Positions 27,081-40,883 of a stretch of DNA of 64,000 bases are shown here, in pieces. The DNA is from Phoronis australis. Lineage: Eukaryota; Animalia; Phoronida. The position numbers and the translations under genes were made by a program. Below the pieces are notes generated by a model that had not been told where the DNA came from, did not search any database, and worked only from the letters and a program-made list of their open reading frames with translations. Every line of letters starts with the position of its first letter. The first letter of the stretch is position 1. The DNA lies in contig NMRA01000596.1 in NCBI GenBank assembly GCA_002633005.1, positions 127,860 to 191,859 of the forward strand. The letters run 5' to 3'.

Positions 27081-28416
27081 AGGCGAAGGCAACCTTTTTT
27101 CATGCCACTTTTAGCAAAAATATGGTTCGTTGATTATCCGAGACACATTTTTCACTGAATTATAGCTTTTCGTAATTTGATTAATTTCTCGTCCTCTACT
27201 CCGGAAGTGACGTTTTGGGAGGCAAGAGTTTCGCGCCAATTTCTTTTCATTATGGTCTGACTGTGAGAGCTGTCGAGTCAGTCATCGTTCTACCTCGGTT
27301 GCGATAAGTTCGGTCGTCGTTTGCTTTTGTTTACAAGTCATTCAACATGGCACGCTGTTGCTGCGTGATGGGATGTACTCATTATCGTCTCACACGCGCT
27401 TTGGGTACATTGTGTCGCTTTCCGAAGGATGACACACTTCGCCGTACTTGGCTAGCTCGTTCATGTGAAGAACGCAGCACTACTCGTCCACGCAACGTAC
27501 AAAGCAGTGGATGGTTACCGAGTGTGTGGCAAGCATTTTCTGCCGTCAGATTACGACAGAGATATGTACGCTGAATTGATAAAGGTCCCTGCGAAACAAC
27601 GCCTGACTCGGGTACCATACCGTCGCTGTTGATTCCCGGCAGTGCCCCGTCGCCAACCCCGAGAAGTGCATTTTTGAAGCGAGAAGCCTCGCGAGCTGTG
27701 GCCACTATATACAGTGGCTGGAGGCTCTACATCTACTGTCACCCGTGCCTCCGAACGTACCCCCATTGCGTACAATTCCGGGAACTAGCAGTGATTCGCC
27801 CTGTGCTGTTGTCTCTAGCCCAGAGCCTGTAAGGAGCCCTGCAGCGATGTTGAGTAATGGGAGTGAATACATGTACAGGTCCAGTTCGAAACCCAGTGAA
27901 TAGGACAGTTCGTCATGCAGTGAACAGATCGGTGAGCCTAAGTTTGATAAGTTTATTGCGGACTTGTATTGGAGCTATTTAGAAGGTGCCTGGTATGTGG
28001 CGAGGGAGTCACACGGCGGGATGTAAGCAGTTTGGGTGCTCAGATCACCCTCCAGTGGGAGTGTGTCGCGGGACACTGGGGCAAGTGGGACAGGTCTTCC
28101 TCTGTACGTGAGACGATGAGAACACACCAGTACGCAGCAACAGCGTGGCATATTGACTGACTCGTAAGCAAAAGCAAACGACGACCGAACTTATCACAAC
28201 CGAGGTAGAACAATGACTGACTCGACTGCTCTCACAGTCAGACTATATGAAAAGAAATTGGCGCGAAATTCTTGCCTCCCAAAACGTAACTTCTGGAGTA
28301 GACGACGAGTAATTAATTAAATTACGAAAAGCAGAAAATAAGTGAAAAATATGTCTGGGATAATCAACGAACCTTATTTTTGCTAAAAATGACATGAAAA
28401 AAGGTTGCCTTCGCCT
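27081..28416 (+). mobile_element. Kolobok-type non-autonomous element, family B, ~310-bp TIRs
   Basis: TTAA|AGGCGAAGGCAACC...GGTTGCCTTCGCCT|TTAA; THAP from 27347 (MARCCCVMGC..RFPKD..LRRTW..RVCGKHF...TIPSL), then KFIAD..ELFRRCLVCG....G.QITLQWECVAGH.GKW, resembling the Cys/His region after THAP in Kolobok transposases; no DDE core. Confidence 0.87.
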
Positions 28417-30056
28417 TTAAGTTGGAACAGAGCACGCCTGACCTTGCTCTGCCGACTTTCACTCTGAATCCGATGAGCTATCACCAGAATTAGCCAAATG
28501 AGAACATTTTTCTAGGGTTACATCAAATTTAAAGTTTGCGACTCCATTTCTTCTTCAACTCCGAGCTCAAGCTTGATGTTTCTCAACAGTCACAAAAATT
28601 TCTCATGACAGCCGAGATATTATACTCAAGCACCACACAAAGCACTGAACAGATATTAAGAAGAAAAGAAAACACAATCGAAATACTGGGTACTTTGTAT
28701 TAAGTACAAAATTAAAAACACTTCAGTAACGTTGACAACGAGTACAGGACACTATATTCAGTCATCCGTTGTCGTAAACAAGACACTCTAAGAATGTAAA
28801 GTTTAAAAAGTTAAAAGCTTTAAAAATAAATAATAAAGCATTTAGTGTCACAAACACTTCCACACAATTGCAAATATACAGTTTCAAATAAGGCACTCAC
28901 AATTTTGTTTCTCTGTTTAGAAAAAATTCACACATTAAAGAAATGCTGATGGCAATCGTTATTGGTGATATTTGGGTAGAGGTCAGGTAAATGAATCAGC
29001 TGTCTACGCCCTCAGATTGGCCATTCAGGACTAATGGATAGTCATGTCAGGGGTGTCCCTTTAGCAAACATTCACTGTGCTAATTTGCGCGTCAAATTTT
29101 CAGGCAGTAGGCATTCTTTCTGCTAGTCACAGCAACTGTAGTTATGCAGTATTTTCACCTGCTGACGTCATTTTATCTTAGGGCAAAAGAATAAAGATAA
29201 GTCCCCCAATGCAACACTATGTTAATCACTCGTCTTGTAGACAACAACCAAGCATTTCATCACATTGCTAAGGGCTTTTTGAGAATGGCTCGAGAGTTCC
29301 AAACACTGTGCAAAACTTTCAAAAATGGTGTAGCACCATCTTTGAATAACTGCAGAAGAACGCAAGGTTTACCTCCTAATATCATTTACCATAAACAGGT
29401 GTTTTAATGACATTTTTTGGAAACAGAATTGGTAGTGGAATAAGCAGACTGTGTGTGCAAAAGTTCTGTATGACAACCGCAGTGCCTTTACAGGACATAA
29501 GTACGATGACATTAACCCAAACTTCTTCTTATTTTGAGCAAAGTACTAAAATGAGACACTGGCAATGGAATGTAAAGTTCGGACAAATACAGGCAGCCAC
29601 GCCCATGGATTTTGAGTTTTAACTGAGCTGGTGCAGACAGGCCAGCAATAAACGTGGGGACAATCTATTCACAGCCAATATTTTGTTTGGGCTGTGTCAA
29701 CTGGGCATTGGGTAGTGGATACTACATGATACTTTCTAATGCCATAAGACTTTGTTTGAGCTTATAACTTGAATATGTAAACTACCTATCACTACAATGG
29801 TGGTCAATAAAGAGGAGGGGTCTCAGATGAAACTATAGATTCAAGGCATAATAATTTGTAGTGCACCCCACTTTGCAATCCCATAGTCTGCACTTCAAGA
29901 ATTCCCTGTCATATTTTACTTTTTCATAGGCTTAGCAAAAGCTCTAGAAAAAATCTGTTGATCTGTGTTAGTTTAATTTATACATGTACATTACAAGATT
30001 CAAACTGTTTCACTAGCACTATAAATTGGGAAGCAGTCTTTGGAAATACAGTTGCA

Positions 30057-30158
30057 TCAAGGACACTTCTCCACGTCTGTAACGAGATTTGCGAAGGCTT
30101 TATAGACACTGGCGATCTCAAAGCACATGGTGCCACCCCCTCTCTTGAACTGGCCGTA
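30057..30158 (-). CDS. DNASE2: DNase II (plancitoxin-like) copy 1, coding exon 8 (last)
   Basis: cctttttag|YGQFKRGGGTMCFEIASVYKAFANLVTDVEKCP*; conserved Q..RGGG..C terminus. The eight exons total 1071 nt = 356 aa + stop. Confidence 0.93.
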   Translation of the reverse strand, partial: YGQFKRGGGTMCFEIASVYKAFANLVTDVEKCP

Positions 30159-30184
30159 CTAAAAAGGACAAGACAAGAACTTAA

Positions 30185-31740
30185 AGGAGCATGCCACCCA
30201 AAAAACAACCTAATTTGTATCAATTTAGATCGAGTAGTTCTCCTCGATAGCGGCANGAGATAAATTCTAAGTATTTTTCCGTGAAATACAGACAGTAGGA
30301 CCTAGATCTGTGTTGTTTAGACTTGTGTTTTTTTAGTTCTAAACACAAAAAAACGCTTGTTATCCCGGCCAGTGTCTCGGAACCCGATCAGGCCCGTCGC
30401 GGCCGGACTGACTTGTTATCCGGGCAAGTGGCTCGAAACCCAATCAGGCCCGTCGCGACCGGACTGAAGACATCACGAACATTAACCAGCCAAAGTTGGA
30501 AACTAAGCTTGAAGTCAAGAAAATACTATACTAGTGAGCTAAAGAAGTAATGTGCACGTGATTATTTTGGTGAAGCCACGAAACTGAAAATCTACTAAGG
30601 CCTACTCGTCGGAGGCCGTGAATTCAGGTTCCCGTTTGGCCACAGAACCGCCAGGGCAGAAGTTGTACATTGACAATCATTATTTGAATAATGTATAAGT
30701 AAATAAAGATTCCCCTAACACCTGGCCGTGATGGAATATCGAGTTATTGTTTCACAACAGATTCTGTCAGCAAACACTGAATTAGCTTGCGCTCACACGG
30801 CCTCGGTGTCCGGTCAAATTAGTTTTATTGCACCTAAAGCCAGTAACGCAGTGATTTATTCATTGCTGGCTTCTCAAATCATTTACACTCACGAACACTC
30901 CAAAGGCATTACAAATTGCATCTAATGGGACACACTTTCTTTCAGTTTTATACATAAGTGTTGGTTAGGGTGAGAATAATTCATTTTGAAACAGAACGCT
31001 TAGTAATAAACGTCAACATGGCCACTCGCAATCCCGACTTGGAGGAGTACTCATCTGACGCAGACTTCCCAGGTAGATCGTTAGGTTTCTCAGGATATCA
31101 GTTCGAACCAGCTAGAGTACACTGATCAAGAAGTATTAGAGAAGCGCCGTGAACGTGCACAAACAATGGAGCACATGGATAGTTCCGAAAACCGTCTCAT
31201 GGTGTCAGTGCGCTAACTGCACCATAATGGAAACAACTAAACCACGTTTCTTTGCTTCCTGCCTGCCGAACGCAAACACACTAGGCACAGGATCTGACTT
31301 CAGCCTCGGTTGCTTTTTCTGCCCTGGCATGAGCTGTTTGGCAAGCCGGAATTCGTCAGTGAAATCACTGTCCACGAAATGACGGACACAGACACGGAGA
31401 TGTTTCACGGCCTCGTACTTGGTATGAACTCCGTACTTGTCATTTTTCACTGCCGCGAGCCACTTCCGAAGCATTTCGGGCTCTCGAGGAAATCGAAAAA
31501 ACGATGTACCCGCTTTCCTCGCCGCTTCATAGTTCGACGGAACAGGCAGGAACGACACACCACACCATGGCGGAATTCACTCTGCATACGAACCACTGAC
31601 GTCGCTGCGGACTTTCTCACCTTCCTCACAGGCTAACGCGACACCTCTCGGCAAGGTAAGGTCGACCTTGTACGAGCCGATGTGGCCCCAGACCGATTAA
31701 GACGGTAAATAAGACTAATTAAATCGGGTGGCATTAGCCT
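30185..31740 (+). mobile_element. Kolobok-type non-autonomous element, family A, in the last DNase II intron (N gap at 30256)
   Basis: TTAA TSD at 30181-30184/31741-31744; KolX-like MATRNPDLEE...SWCQCANCTIMET (+) joined to the THAP remnant FFRFPREPEMLRKWL..RVCVRHF..PVPSVF (-, ATG at 31568). Confidence 0.88.
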
Positions 31741-34700
31741 TTAATGTTGTTGCAGTAGCGCCATCATGCGACATCTGGGATTACTATTTAACATGGCCTT
31801 CTTTTTACACATCTACTAGTAAAATAATAAATATATTTTTCTCATTGTATAAGAACCACAGAACATGGAGAGTAACTGTCAATCCATGAATTGGAAGACC
31901 AACAGACTTTAATGAATGTTTGAATAAATGTCATCCAACTACTTTGGAAAATCCGTCAAATTCTAGACAGCAAGTTAACTTACAATGTACATGTTAATTT
32001 TGTAACATGGAACTTGCAAGGTACATGTAAGTCCTTGTCTCTGTGACTGCTAGGCCATATTACTTAGAAACACAACATATATAAACGATGTGTACATGAA
32101 GAAGGTTGAAAATAGCCAAATGTTTTTAACCAATGAGTTTTGTGTTGAAAATGATCACCACAGATCACTGACCTGGTGCTGTGGAACAACACTGCATGAT
32201 GCAGGCTATGTGACGTACATGTATATCATACGTGCAGAGGTCACCTATTTGCAGCATTTTTTTGTTTTCACATTTATCAAGTTGTCATTGAATACAACTG
32301 CACTTTATTCAGGTGGATGATGTTAAGATAGTATTGTCCTGTAGTTCCTACTATACATTAGCATAGCTGAGAGCATGCAAACACACCTTTAATGTTTTAG
32401 TGTGTGATTGTATTCAGGTCCATGCCCCTATATGTGACACTGCACCTATATCTGTTACTAGGCATTATGTGCTTAAGTGTAACGCACCTGAGTAAAACCA
32501 AGGTCCACAAGAATAGAATGATTTAAAAATAGTGTGTTAGTAAAATGTGCCTGTTCCTCTTCAAAATGGTAGACTTTGACATTCAATCATTTTTGAACAT
32601 TAAATTTTAAATGAAAAATACAACAATTTGGCAAGAGAGACAAAAAGAAAACCAGTTTAAGAAATGCAAAAAATACAAGGAATGCCACCCTGCATCAACA
32701 AATGAGATACATGAGCCTCTATGCACAACACAAGAGCAAAATTCAGTAACAGGCACATGGGCCTTGATTCAGACATATATGGTGATTCACTGTACCACGG
32801 AGCAGACATGGGTGGCGCAGCACTGAAAAAAGTGGGGCTAAAGCCCCCCTCCCCAGCCCCCCTGTGGTGCGCTGCCTATAGACCATGGGCAGTGCAGCAC
32901 TAAAAAAGTGGGGGGCTATAGCGCCCCCCCTCACCTCCCTATGGTGCGCCGTCCACAGCAAAGCTGTAAAATTGTTTGACAACAATTTCAATAAGGCTCC
33001 AATGCATGACATATGACTCTTCAGTATTGTGACATGGGGAGAATACCTTATGTAATGCTGTCTCTCGCTAGAAACTTGCTGTGAGAAATCTTAACTTAAA
33101 ATATAGACAGGAAATAAGTAGCATGTTTACATACTATACTTTACTCCAACTATTGAATCTGTGACTAATGCTTTCTGTTTTAGTATGATACTGTATTCTA
33201 GCATGTCAAAACACTTGATTTTCATTTTAACTCAATAGAGACTGAACAAACATTTGCTATGGCGACCACATCATTCTTATATACATGTATATATTCAGGT
33301 TTGCCTAAATACATATAAACCTTGCCTCGATGCCTTAATACCATCTAAGCAGCATATTTTGACTTTGCCTGGTTTCCTTTTCAGTACAGACTTAAGAAAA
33401 GCCTGTTTAAAGGTGGAAGCAATGATCATGCTTGAAGATACATGTACATTAATTTTTTACTAAAATGAAATTTCCATAATTATCATGGAGAGGCATATTC
33501 CGCGTTTTTAATTGTCATACAATAACAGCACGCAACACAAACAGTCTGACAAAAGGTGCACAGCTTGGTTTAGTGCACATTCAATTCCCTTAAACAGTGT
33601 CTTACTCATTATTGATCACGGTCATTTTTCCTCACCACATTGAGTAGTGAACAGTGTTACCAATAGATGTCCTTATGAGGCATACCAACCTAATGAGCAG
33701 GGAGGAATAGAGTATCCCTGGATTCTACTGGCTGATGCAAGCAATATGGTCTCTTCCAAAACTGCACAAAGCATGTCGAGTCGAAACACAAACCTCGCAA
33801 TTCAGGTCAAAGTTTTAGATAACACAATTTGTTTTTGTTAGAAAAACTTCACATGTCCACCTAACTGATGTGTACTAAGTGAAGAATTATCACAGCATTA
33901 CAAATTTACTTCAGCCTTAATGACTGACTGTGTTCCTCTTTGTAAAACGCAATGAGAGCAGTAGTTTCCCTTTGCAAGTATAGGTAATTCAGGTTTCAAA
34001 TACAGGAACATCAAAAACATAGGTAATGATTGTAAGTTACGAAAAGGGCCTCTTTTGAAACAAGACTAAGATGTAAATTTTGTGGCAAGCATTTTCAAAT
34101 CCACAGCCTTGGCCATACTAACAATTTGAGCATACAGTTTCAAGCCTGGCAAACCCAATGCAGCATTCAGACCCAGGCAATGACAAAATCAGTTTGTATT
34201 AACCTTCTAAAACTTTGTTATGCTGCTGGACCACCAAAAACTGTATCAGAGTTTCTAAATCCAAAATGTTGATAGCATAACATATTGCAGGACAGACCAT
34301 GGCATGCACCCAAATCGCAAGTCCTGCAGCTCAATTACTCTTTAATGTACTTTAATCTGACAGCATTAGGAAAAGAGTTGCCTGAAGAATTAAGATGTCC
34401 GATTTCATTTTTCACTTTCTTGTGGACGGAAACACAGCTGACATGAATTCCTCATAAATATTTTTATACAGATTTTTTCCTCTACAAAAATCAGCTAAGT
34501 TTTGTAGGACATATATGGTAGACATAATTCAGATCAGCTGATATGATTGTCTATATGGTACAATGTAGTTCCAGTAACTGATTAGACATAATTACCATGT
34601 TTTACTGCCCATAACTGGAGACAGGTCCAAGGTTATTTAGATCAGTGGTATTAGTGTGTCCAGTGTACCTGAAGCACTTCACAATCAAAGTAGCATTACG

Positions 34701-34783
34701 AAGAAAAAGGGATGTTTTCATTCAAATATTTAAAAAATTATTTCAAACTTTACTACATTGAAATATTTTTCTAGGCCACAAAC

Positions 34784-34909
34784 CTGTCTGTTGATATCTC
34801 CAATACATGTCCAATCTTTCTGATCACTCGACACTGCCCATTTGGAATGATCTTTTGTATTAGGAAAAGATACTTGCTTTGGAAAGGACAGGGCAATGAT
34901 GTTCTCTAC
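34784..34909 (-). CDS. DNASE2: DNase II copy 1, coding exon 7
   Basis: tttttcag|VENIIALSFPKQVSFPNTKDHSKWAVSSDQKDWTCIGDINRQ|gtttg; catalytic DHSKW and CIGDINR motifs. Confidence 0.95.
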
Positions 34910-36653
34910 CTGAAAAATATTGGAAACATGCCTGTCTGCGGAAGTACACATTAGATAGGATATACCTCACATGTGATTTATCACAAGTGACACTACCGAG
35001 AGATCGTTCATTATATTTCACAACTTGTCCATATACTCATAACTCATAAGTTCACAAGCAATGTCAAGAAGGGACTGGGGCAGCTCAGTACAGAAGCAAC
35101 TATTCTCTTCTAATAAAATGTAGTTGGCAAATGAAACAGCTCAATTATTAAGGACATTTTTTCAAAGACCAGAGCTCATCATCGAAGAAAAAGCAGCAAC
35201 GTAATATGTGAAATTGTTGGCCATAAGTCAAATCTGACCGTTACAGCATGCAAGTGGATGAGAAAGCGTACACTGTTTCCCCCAGAATATCCAGCAAATT
35301 TCTTGGCACATCAAAGACTTGATGGAACCTTCAGGGATTGAAGTGAGCGAGTCGATACTCATCGGATTGGCTTAAGATGCAATGGAGACAACTGCAGTAG
35401 TAAACCAACCTCACCGTTTAACATACGAGTTTCAAAGACAAAAATGAACAACAAGCAAGGCAAACGACCACAATGACTTTTTAAAATTGAAAAGTAAATC
35501 CTAGCCATCTTTGAATTATTAACTCAGTGCATTACAAGCTAAATAACTAACCTATCGCCAGCATTTTGAGAGTCAAGTTAACTGACCATTTAGAACGCAG
35601 CATGATTGACACACCTTCGTTTCCAAGCCGCCATTTTACCCGACAAACAACACGGTACTGGGTAAAACTTATTGTTTGTTAGTCAACATTACGCAAGGGG
35701 GCGGAGCTTGCAATAGGTCAATTAGCGAATAGGTGTTCTTCCGCATTTTGGATAAGCCGGGAGCATTAATCTGTCAATCAATTAGGACGGGTTAGCTAAA
35801 GCTTGGCTTAAGCTCCTTTAGGCGATGGGGTAGGTAGCACAGGTGTTGCTTTATGTTACACGTGTCCTCATATCCCCAAAACAGGAACAGGCTAAGAAAG
35901 TTAGAATGTTGCGATACTGCCAATTCAGATGTCTGTTTCGTGAATAGTGAAGTCAGACGTTTGGCCTTGGTAAACTCCACACAACTATTATTGAAGAAAT
36001 AATTATATCTCATTTGATCAAAAAATTTAAAGTTTCTGATAATATCCACCTAACTGCTAGTTACTGAAAGAATTCCTATAAATTACTTCCAGACTGTGAT
36101 GCGCTCTTGACTACTTGGCTAAACTTTTGGTCAGCAGTGGAAATCTTTCAATGGCAATGTGTCGACTGGTCACACTGGACTAGATACCAGTGACCTCTAG
36201 AGGATGAGGAGGTGCCTTTATAACTTTATAAATTAAAACACATCACGTCTTATCACAAACCATCCCCCTATGAAACACGTTGTGAAAACTAAGTACACAG
36301 TAACACCTGGTACAGCTAGTTGGCGACACGAGCCACCGATTCCAAGTGATCCTCCTTGATTGCTTCATGAAACACTCCCATTGTAAAGTGGGAGCATCAG
36401 CCCAAACGTCTGCCTTACGCCTCAGTCATTTCCATGAAACAGACCAAAGATCCCAAAAGAAGCAGAAGAATTTCAAAATTGCCAAGTATTGGAACATGGC
36501 GCCTTTTGCTGGAGAGACAGATGAGATAACCGGTTCTGCATGAGAGCTGAATTATTGACTGTTACAGAAATCTCCAACTGAACTAAAGCCAAGTATCCCA
36601 CGAGAATGATATCTGCTTCACCACGACTATGTTCCTTACGTAGGTTTGCTTAC

Positions 36654-36763
36654 CTTGAACCTGCCAGGCTCACAGTAAGACTTGATGTCACCCTCACCAT
36701 TCTGCCATGTTTCTGTCTGAAGGTCTGTCTGCAGAAAGGGAGCCACAAACTCACTGTAGAGGT
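36654..36763 (-). CDS. DNASE2: DNase II copy 1, coding exon 6
   Basis: Not in the ORF track; cttgtag|(D)LYSEFVAPFLQTDLQTETWQNGEGDIKSYCEPGRFK|gtaag; conserved DLY...VAP.L...L..ETW motif; phases 1/0. Confidence 0.93.
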
Positions 36764-38123
36764 CTACAAGATGAAGTTATGAGATACAACCCAAAAACGT
36801 TTGCAGAACCAGTGACGGTGAAAATTCCTGGAAGCATAAAAGCCCAAAATTCTGATCAACGCATCTCCTACAGTAACTTTCCACTAACAGCACAGATGTA
36901 ACTATTATGTTTTTAACTGTCCACACAACATGAGCAGATAATGATCAACTCCAGTCATTGGCAATAGCCTGTTAGTTAATTCTCTAAAGTTGATGGACTG
37001 AATCGTGCAAAGTTGATGATTTTCATTATTAAAGGCATCCAATGTTGTTCTGAATGCCCACAGTTTTTTAAATGATTATCTGACATAGCTATGGTATATA
37101 ACTTGAAAACAGTCAACACAGTTATTTGAACAGCTTATTATTTTAAATGCCTTTTTCTTATTAAAATGACATCAGTAAAAATTTATTTTCTGGCCTCAAA
37201 AGTGTGGCCCCCTATAATAACACTGGGGCACCACCTGAAAGGGACCCACTTTTTGGTCACCTTCGGCTGTGCACCCTACATTTATACAGTGGACCTGCAC
37301 ACAATTGACAGAAAAGCAAGGTCTCTATATTAATATAGAGGCCCCACTTTCCAGTCGCCTTCAGGCGGGAAAGCCTCACAATAATATTGTCGGCTCCAAA
37401 AGCAATCAAAGAGCAGGCCTTCTATTATAATATAGAGGGCTCTTAGAGAGTTTGAAAGAACTGAAATTAAACTGACTTGTAAAAACAGAACAAAGTCGTG
37501 TCTTCAATGAAATACGCATACAAGGAAGGTTACTGCCAAATTATACTAATTCCAATTTACAGGGTACGTTTTTCACCAAGTAAATGTTCCTGCTTTGTAC
37601 AGTAAACGTCAAAAGTATTAATACAACATGATCTGGAATTTCATGCCAAGAGAATGAAGGAATATCATCTGGAAAGTTATGAAAGTGGCTAAGCCATTCT
37701 GTAAATGAGACTTAGCAGCCGTAACAGTCATTACCTGTCACTTATGCTGTTAACAAATTTAGCACTCATGACTGCACAGGGAACAATATTTAGTCTGATT
37801 ACTTTTGTGTTCTATGTAAAGAAGGTAGAAAATATATCTGAAACTAAATAAGGCGATCCAGATCCTCCCAAGGATACTATTGTTTCATGAAATGAAGAAT
37901 ATAAATCGGTAAATAAAACAACAAGAAAGAAGTTCATGCCAAAATTTATTGATCACTGGAACAGTCAATTGCTTTTCGTTACCTCTATGTGGTACCTCTT
38001 TATTTGTGCACTGTTAGGACTGGTCAGGCCTTATAGAACCCTGACGATTTCCCTGATATACATTCACCCTAAGCCAGAACCACCTAATTTTCTTGCTAAT
38101 GCCATGGAACATACAACACAAAC

Positions 38124-38321
38124 CTGCTTCGAATTTGGTGAACTTAGCCAAGCTGATGAACGTCTGGCCTTTGAGCGTGCTCAACTTAGCAGAATTATTC
38201 CAAGGAGGTGATGTCACGTGCTTCTGCTCCACGACGGCAGCCATGTTTGGATTGTCCGACTTGAATGCAGACGGGAAGTTATAGCCGTAAATCCATGGAT
38301 AAGTGTACAGCATTTGTCTTC
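38124..38321 (-). CDS. DNASE2: DNase II copy 1, coding exon 5
   Basis: ccattacag|(G)RQMLYTYPWIYGYNFP...LSTLKGQTFISLAKFTKFEA G|gtttg; Q...P.IY and L.T..G..F.S.AK motifs. Confidence 0.93.
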
Positions 38322-38658
38322 CTGTAATGGCAGCAACAAGAAAATTATCCATTGAAGCAATGAACAGTTGTAACTGCTCCAGATATGCATGCATGCAATG
38401 ACAAGTCAAGAGAGTTGTATACTGGTCATACCAAACGTTTTTTAACATTACTTGAAACATTCCGGTTATCAATTGACAAATATTCATTTTTAATTTGGTA
38501 AATAATGAAAAACAAGAGGTAAAGTTCATAAGGTCATCAAGAACAGTGAATACTAAAAAGAAACAGTTGAAACAGTCACTGCATGAGTTGAAAATAGTTC
38601 CACTTCTCAACAATAGGGTTTCAGACGGAAGAGATGAGACCAACTGAACATCACTTGC

Positions 38659-38814
38659 CTATCTCATCAAGTTGATCGTACGATAAACTCATGCACAGAA
38701 ACGTCTGTCCGTACTCTCTACCCGATGGGGGATAGCCGTATTGCCCAACTGGTGGGAACCGTGGCAGACTGTGCACTAACCAAAATCCAGACTTCTTGTC
38801 GAAGCAGACGTCAC
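38659..38814 (-). CDS. DNASE2: DNase II copy 1, coding exon 4 (GC donor)
   Basis: gaacag|(G)DVCFDKKSGFWLVHSLPRFPP...YGQTFLCMS...DEI G|gcaagt; hallmark GFWLVHS.P.FPP. Confidence 0.95.
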
Positions 38815-40066
38815 CTGTTCCAAAAAATGGAGACTTCATAGACAAGCACGTTAGAGTTAGGTACAGCACAGTAAAATGGTTAAAAATAACATTGTCTAAC
38901 AGAACAAGCTGCTGGATCCCAAGGCAGACTCGCACTGTAAAAAAAAATGTAAACAGCATTTAAGGTCAGCATTCAGAAACTTTTATGAACATAGGCATGT
39001 AGGTCTACCAAACGAGCAACAATGTAATTTCTTAGGATTTGTAAATTCTCAACACTATTAGTGAGTGTCAACAAAAATGAGGCTTCAGCACTGGTTTTTA
39101 GTCAGACACTGGGTCATTCAGTTAATTTTGGACTATATTTTGTAACTAGTCAAACACCCTTTACAACCTGTTTCACGAAGAATTTTTAGCCCAAAGAATA
39201 AGCCCTCCTCCATGTTTCCGACCAAAAATTGTTTTCTCTTAATATACCAGAAAAAGTCTTAAAAGTACCATTTTCTGAAATCTCAAGAAAACCACAAAAC
39301 ACATATGACAAAAATTGTCCAGTTAGGTATCACAGTGAAAATAAATTTTAGAAATACTGACCCAACAAATTCAAGAACCGCCAAAAAGACTGGAAAATTA
39401 ACCATGTCTTAAAGTCTGGAATTAACCACATTTGCTTTGGCCAAAATATGAGTAGGAACTTTCGTTAAAATCAGCGCGTACAAAAACAAAGACATTGTAT
39501 CAGTCCACATTTGGCCTTGTTATTACTAAGTCAGGTAACAGAGGAGAACAGGCATCACACTTACGCATCAAAATGCATGGCGAGGAAAGAGACAAGAAAT
39601 CAAATCGTTGGAGCTCAAATGAACCAATGTTTCTAAGTATTCAGATAGCACCCAGCATTATTCAACCATGTGCATAGCCTTCTTTATAAGGAACCTTGTC
39701 CAGGAGCTGAATGTGGTTCAATACACGCTGCGTGTGCTTCAATGGGACTCATTTTCAATTTCTGCTGCAATGTTGATGTTTCAAATACTATAGGCTGTCC
39801 CAACACAGTTTTGTCATGAAGACGGTTTAAACTGACCAGTACACCTATTTCCTCAAGACGATTAATGGTTCTAAGTGCATCAAAATTCTGACAATCAGTA
39901 CCACATCTGTAACTATCAGGTAAAACTTTATTAATTGGCGTATTGCACGAGAAGAAAATAAACTTTCAAATCAGTGATAACAGCATATCAGCTTACAGTT
40001 CTCATAATGGTTAATTTGCGTAAACACAATTTTGCCTTATGAAGCCAAACTGATGGCTTCACCTAC

Positions 40067-40139
40067 CTTTTGTATGGCCAAACTCCTCAGTCCACTCGCC
40101 ATCAGGTTTCTCATCATTGTGGAAAACATGCATAACATC
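40067..40139 (-). CDS. DNASE2: DNase II copy 1, coding exon 3
   Basis: tgtctag|DVMHVFHNDEKPDGEWTEEFGHTK G|gtagg; first catalytic GHTKG motif. Confidence 0.93.
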
Positions 40140-40883
40140 CTAGACAATACAAAAGGTTAGCATTAGAAGCACACAGTGGCAATACGTTGAAATTTGGGGC
40201 TTCCTTACATGGTGAAAGGAGTATGGTATGCAAACAACTGCAAGGCACTTACAAGACATGTAACTAAAGGGTGATAGTGAAGCATTGGAATTTCAAAGTA
40301 TTTTTAACATCACCCAGGTGACAAAATGTCATCTTTGCACAGTAGGATGTTCCGATTCATGTTAAAGAGCACAATGCCATTAAATGGCTGTGAATGCTAG
40401 AAATTCCATTTCATCTTCATTCAGTCTTGACCACCAATGAATTTAAGTAGGTCAACGTAAGAGACTTTTGTGCTCTCACAACATCAAAGACTTTTTAAGA
40501 CGAATGTTTCCTGGTGAACGGTGTTTTACCTTCACCGGAAATTCCAGGAAGTTATGAAACACTTAGATCACAAACAGACATATTCACAAAAAAATCAGTT
40601 TTCTTATGTCACAGTTTTCACATAATTATTTTCAATTAAATTTGAACAAAGCATTATTGAATGGTCATAATCCAAAGTTAAAGGGTGTGAGAGAATAACT
40701 TTTGTCCTACTTAAACAAATTCGATTATTACATTTCAAAAGTTGTGATACTACTATAGAGAATTCTTGTGGTTTTAATGAAAAACTTGGAACAATTCAAA
40801 AAAGACCATGAGAACGAATCTATAGTGAGCTCACACAGATCATATAATCAACAGTGACTGTATACCTTGTGCAGCGTACAAAC

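Noticed and set aside
31205-31568. THAP ORF as a host transcription factor or P element
   Set aside because: Frameshifted, truncated, multi-copy and enclosed by TTAA-flanked AG..CT termini; P elements make 7-8 bp TSDs.
38014-38643. 209-aa ORF as a standalone gene
   Set aside because: Only 38124-38321 is DNase II-like and it is bounded by splice sites; the rest is intron read-through.
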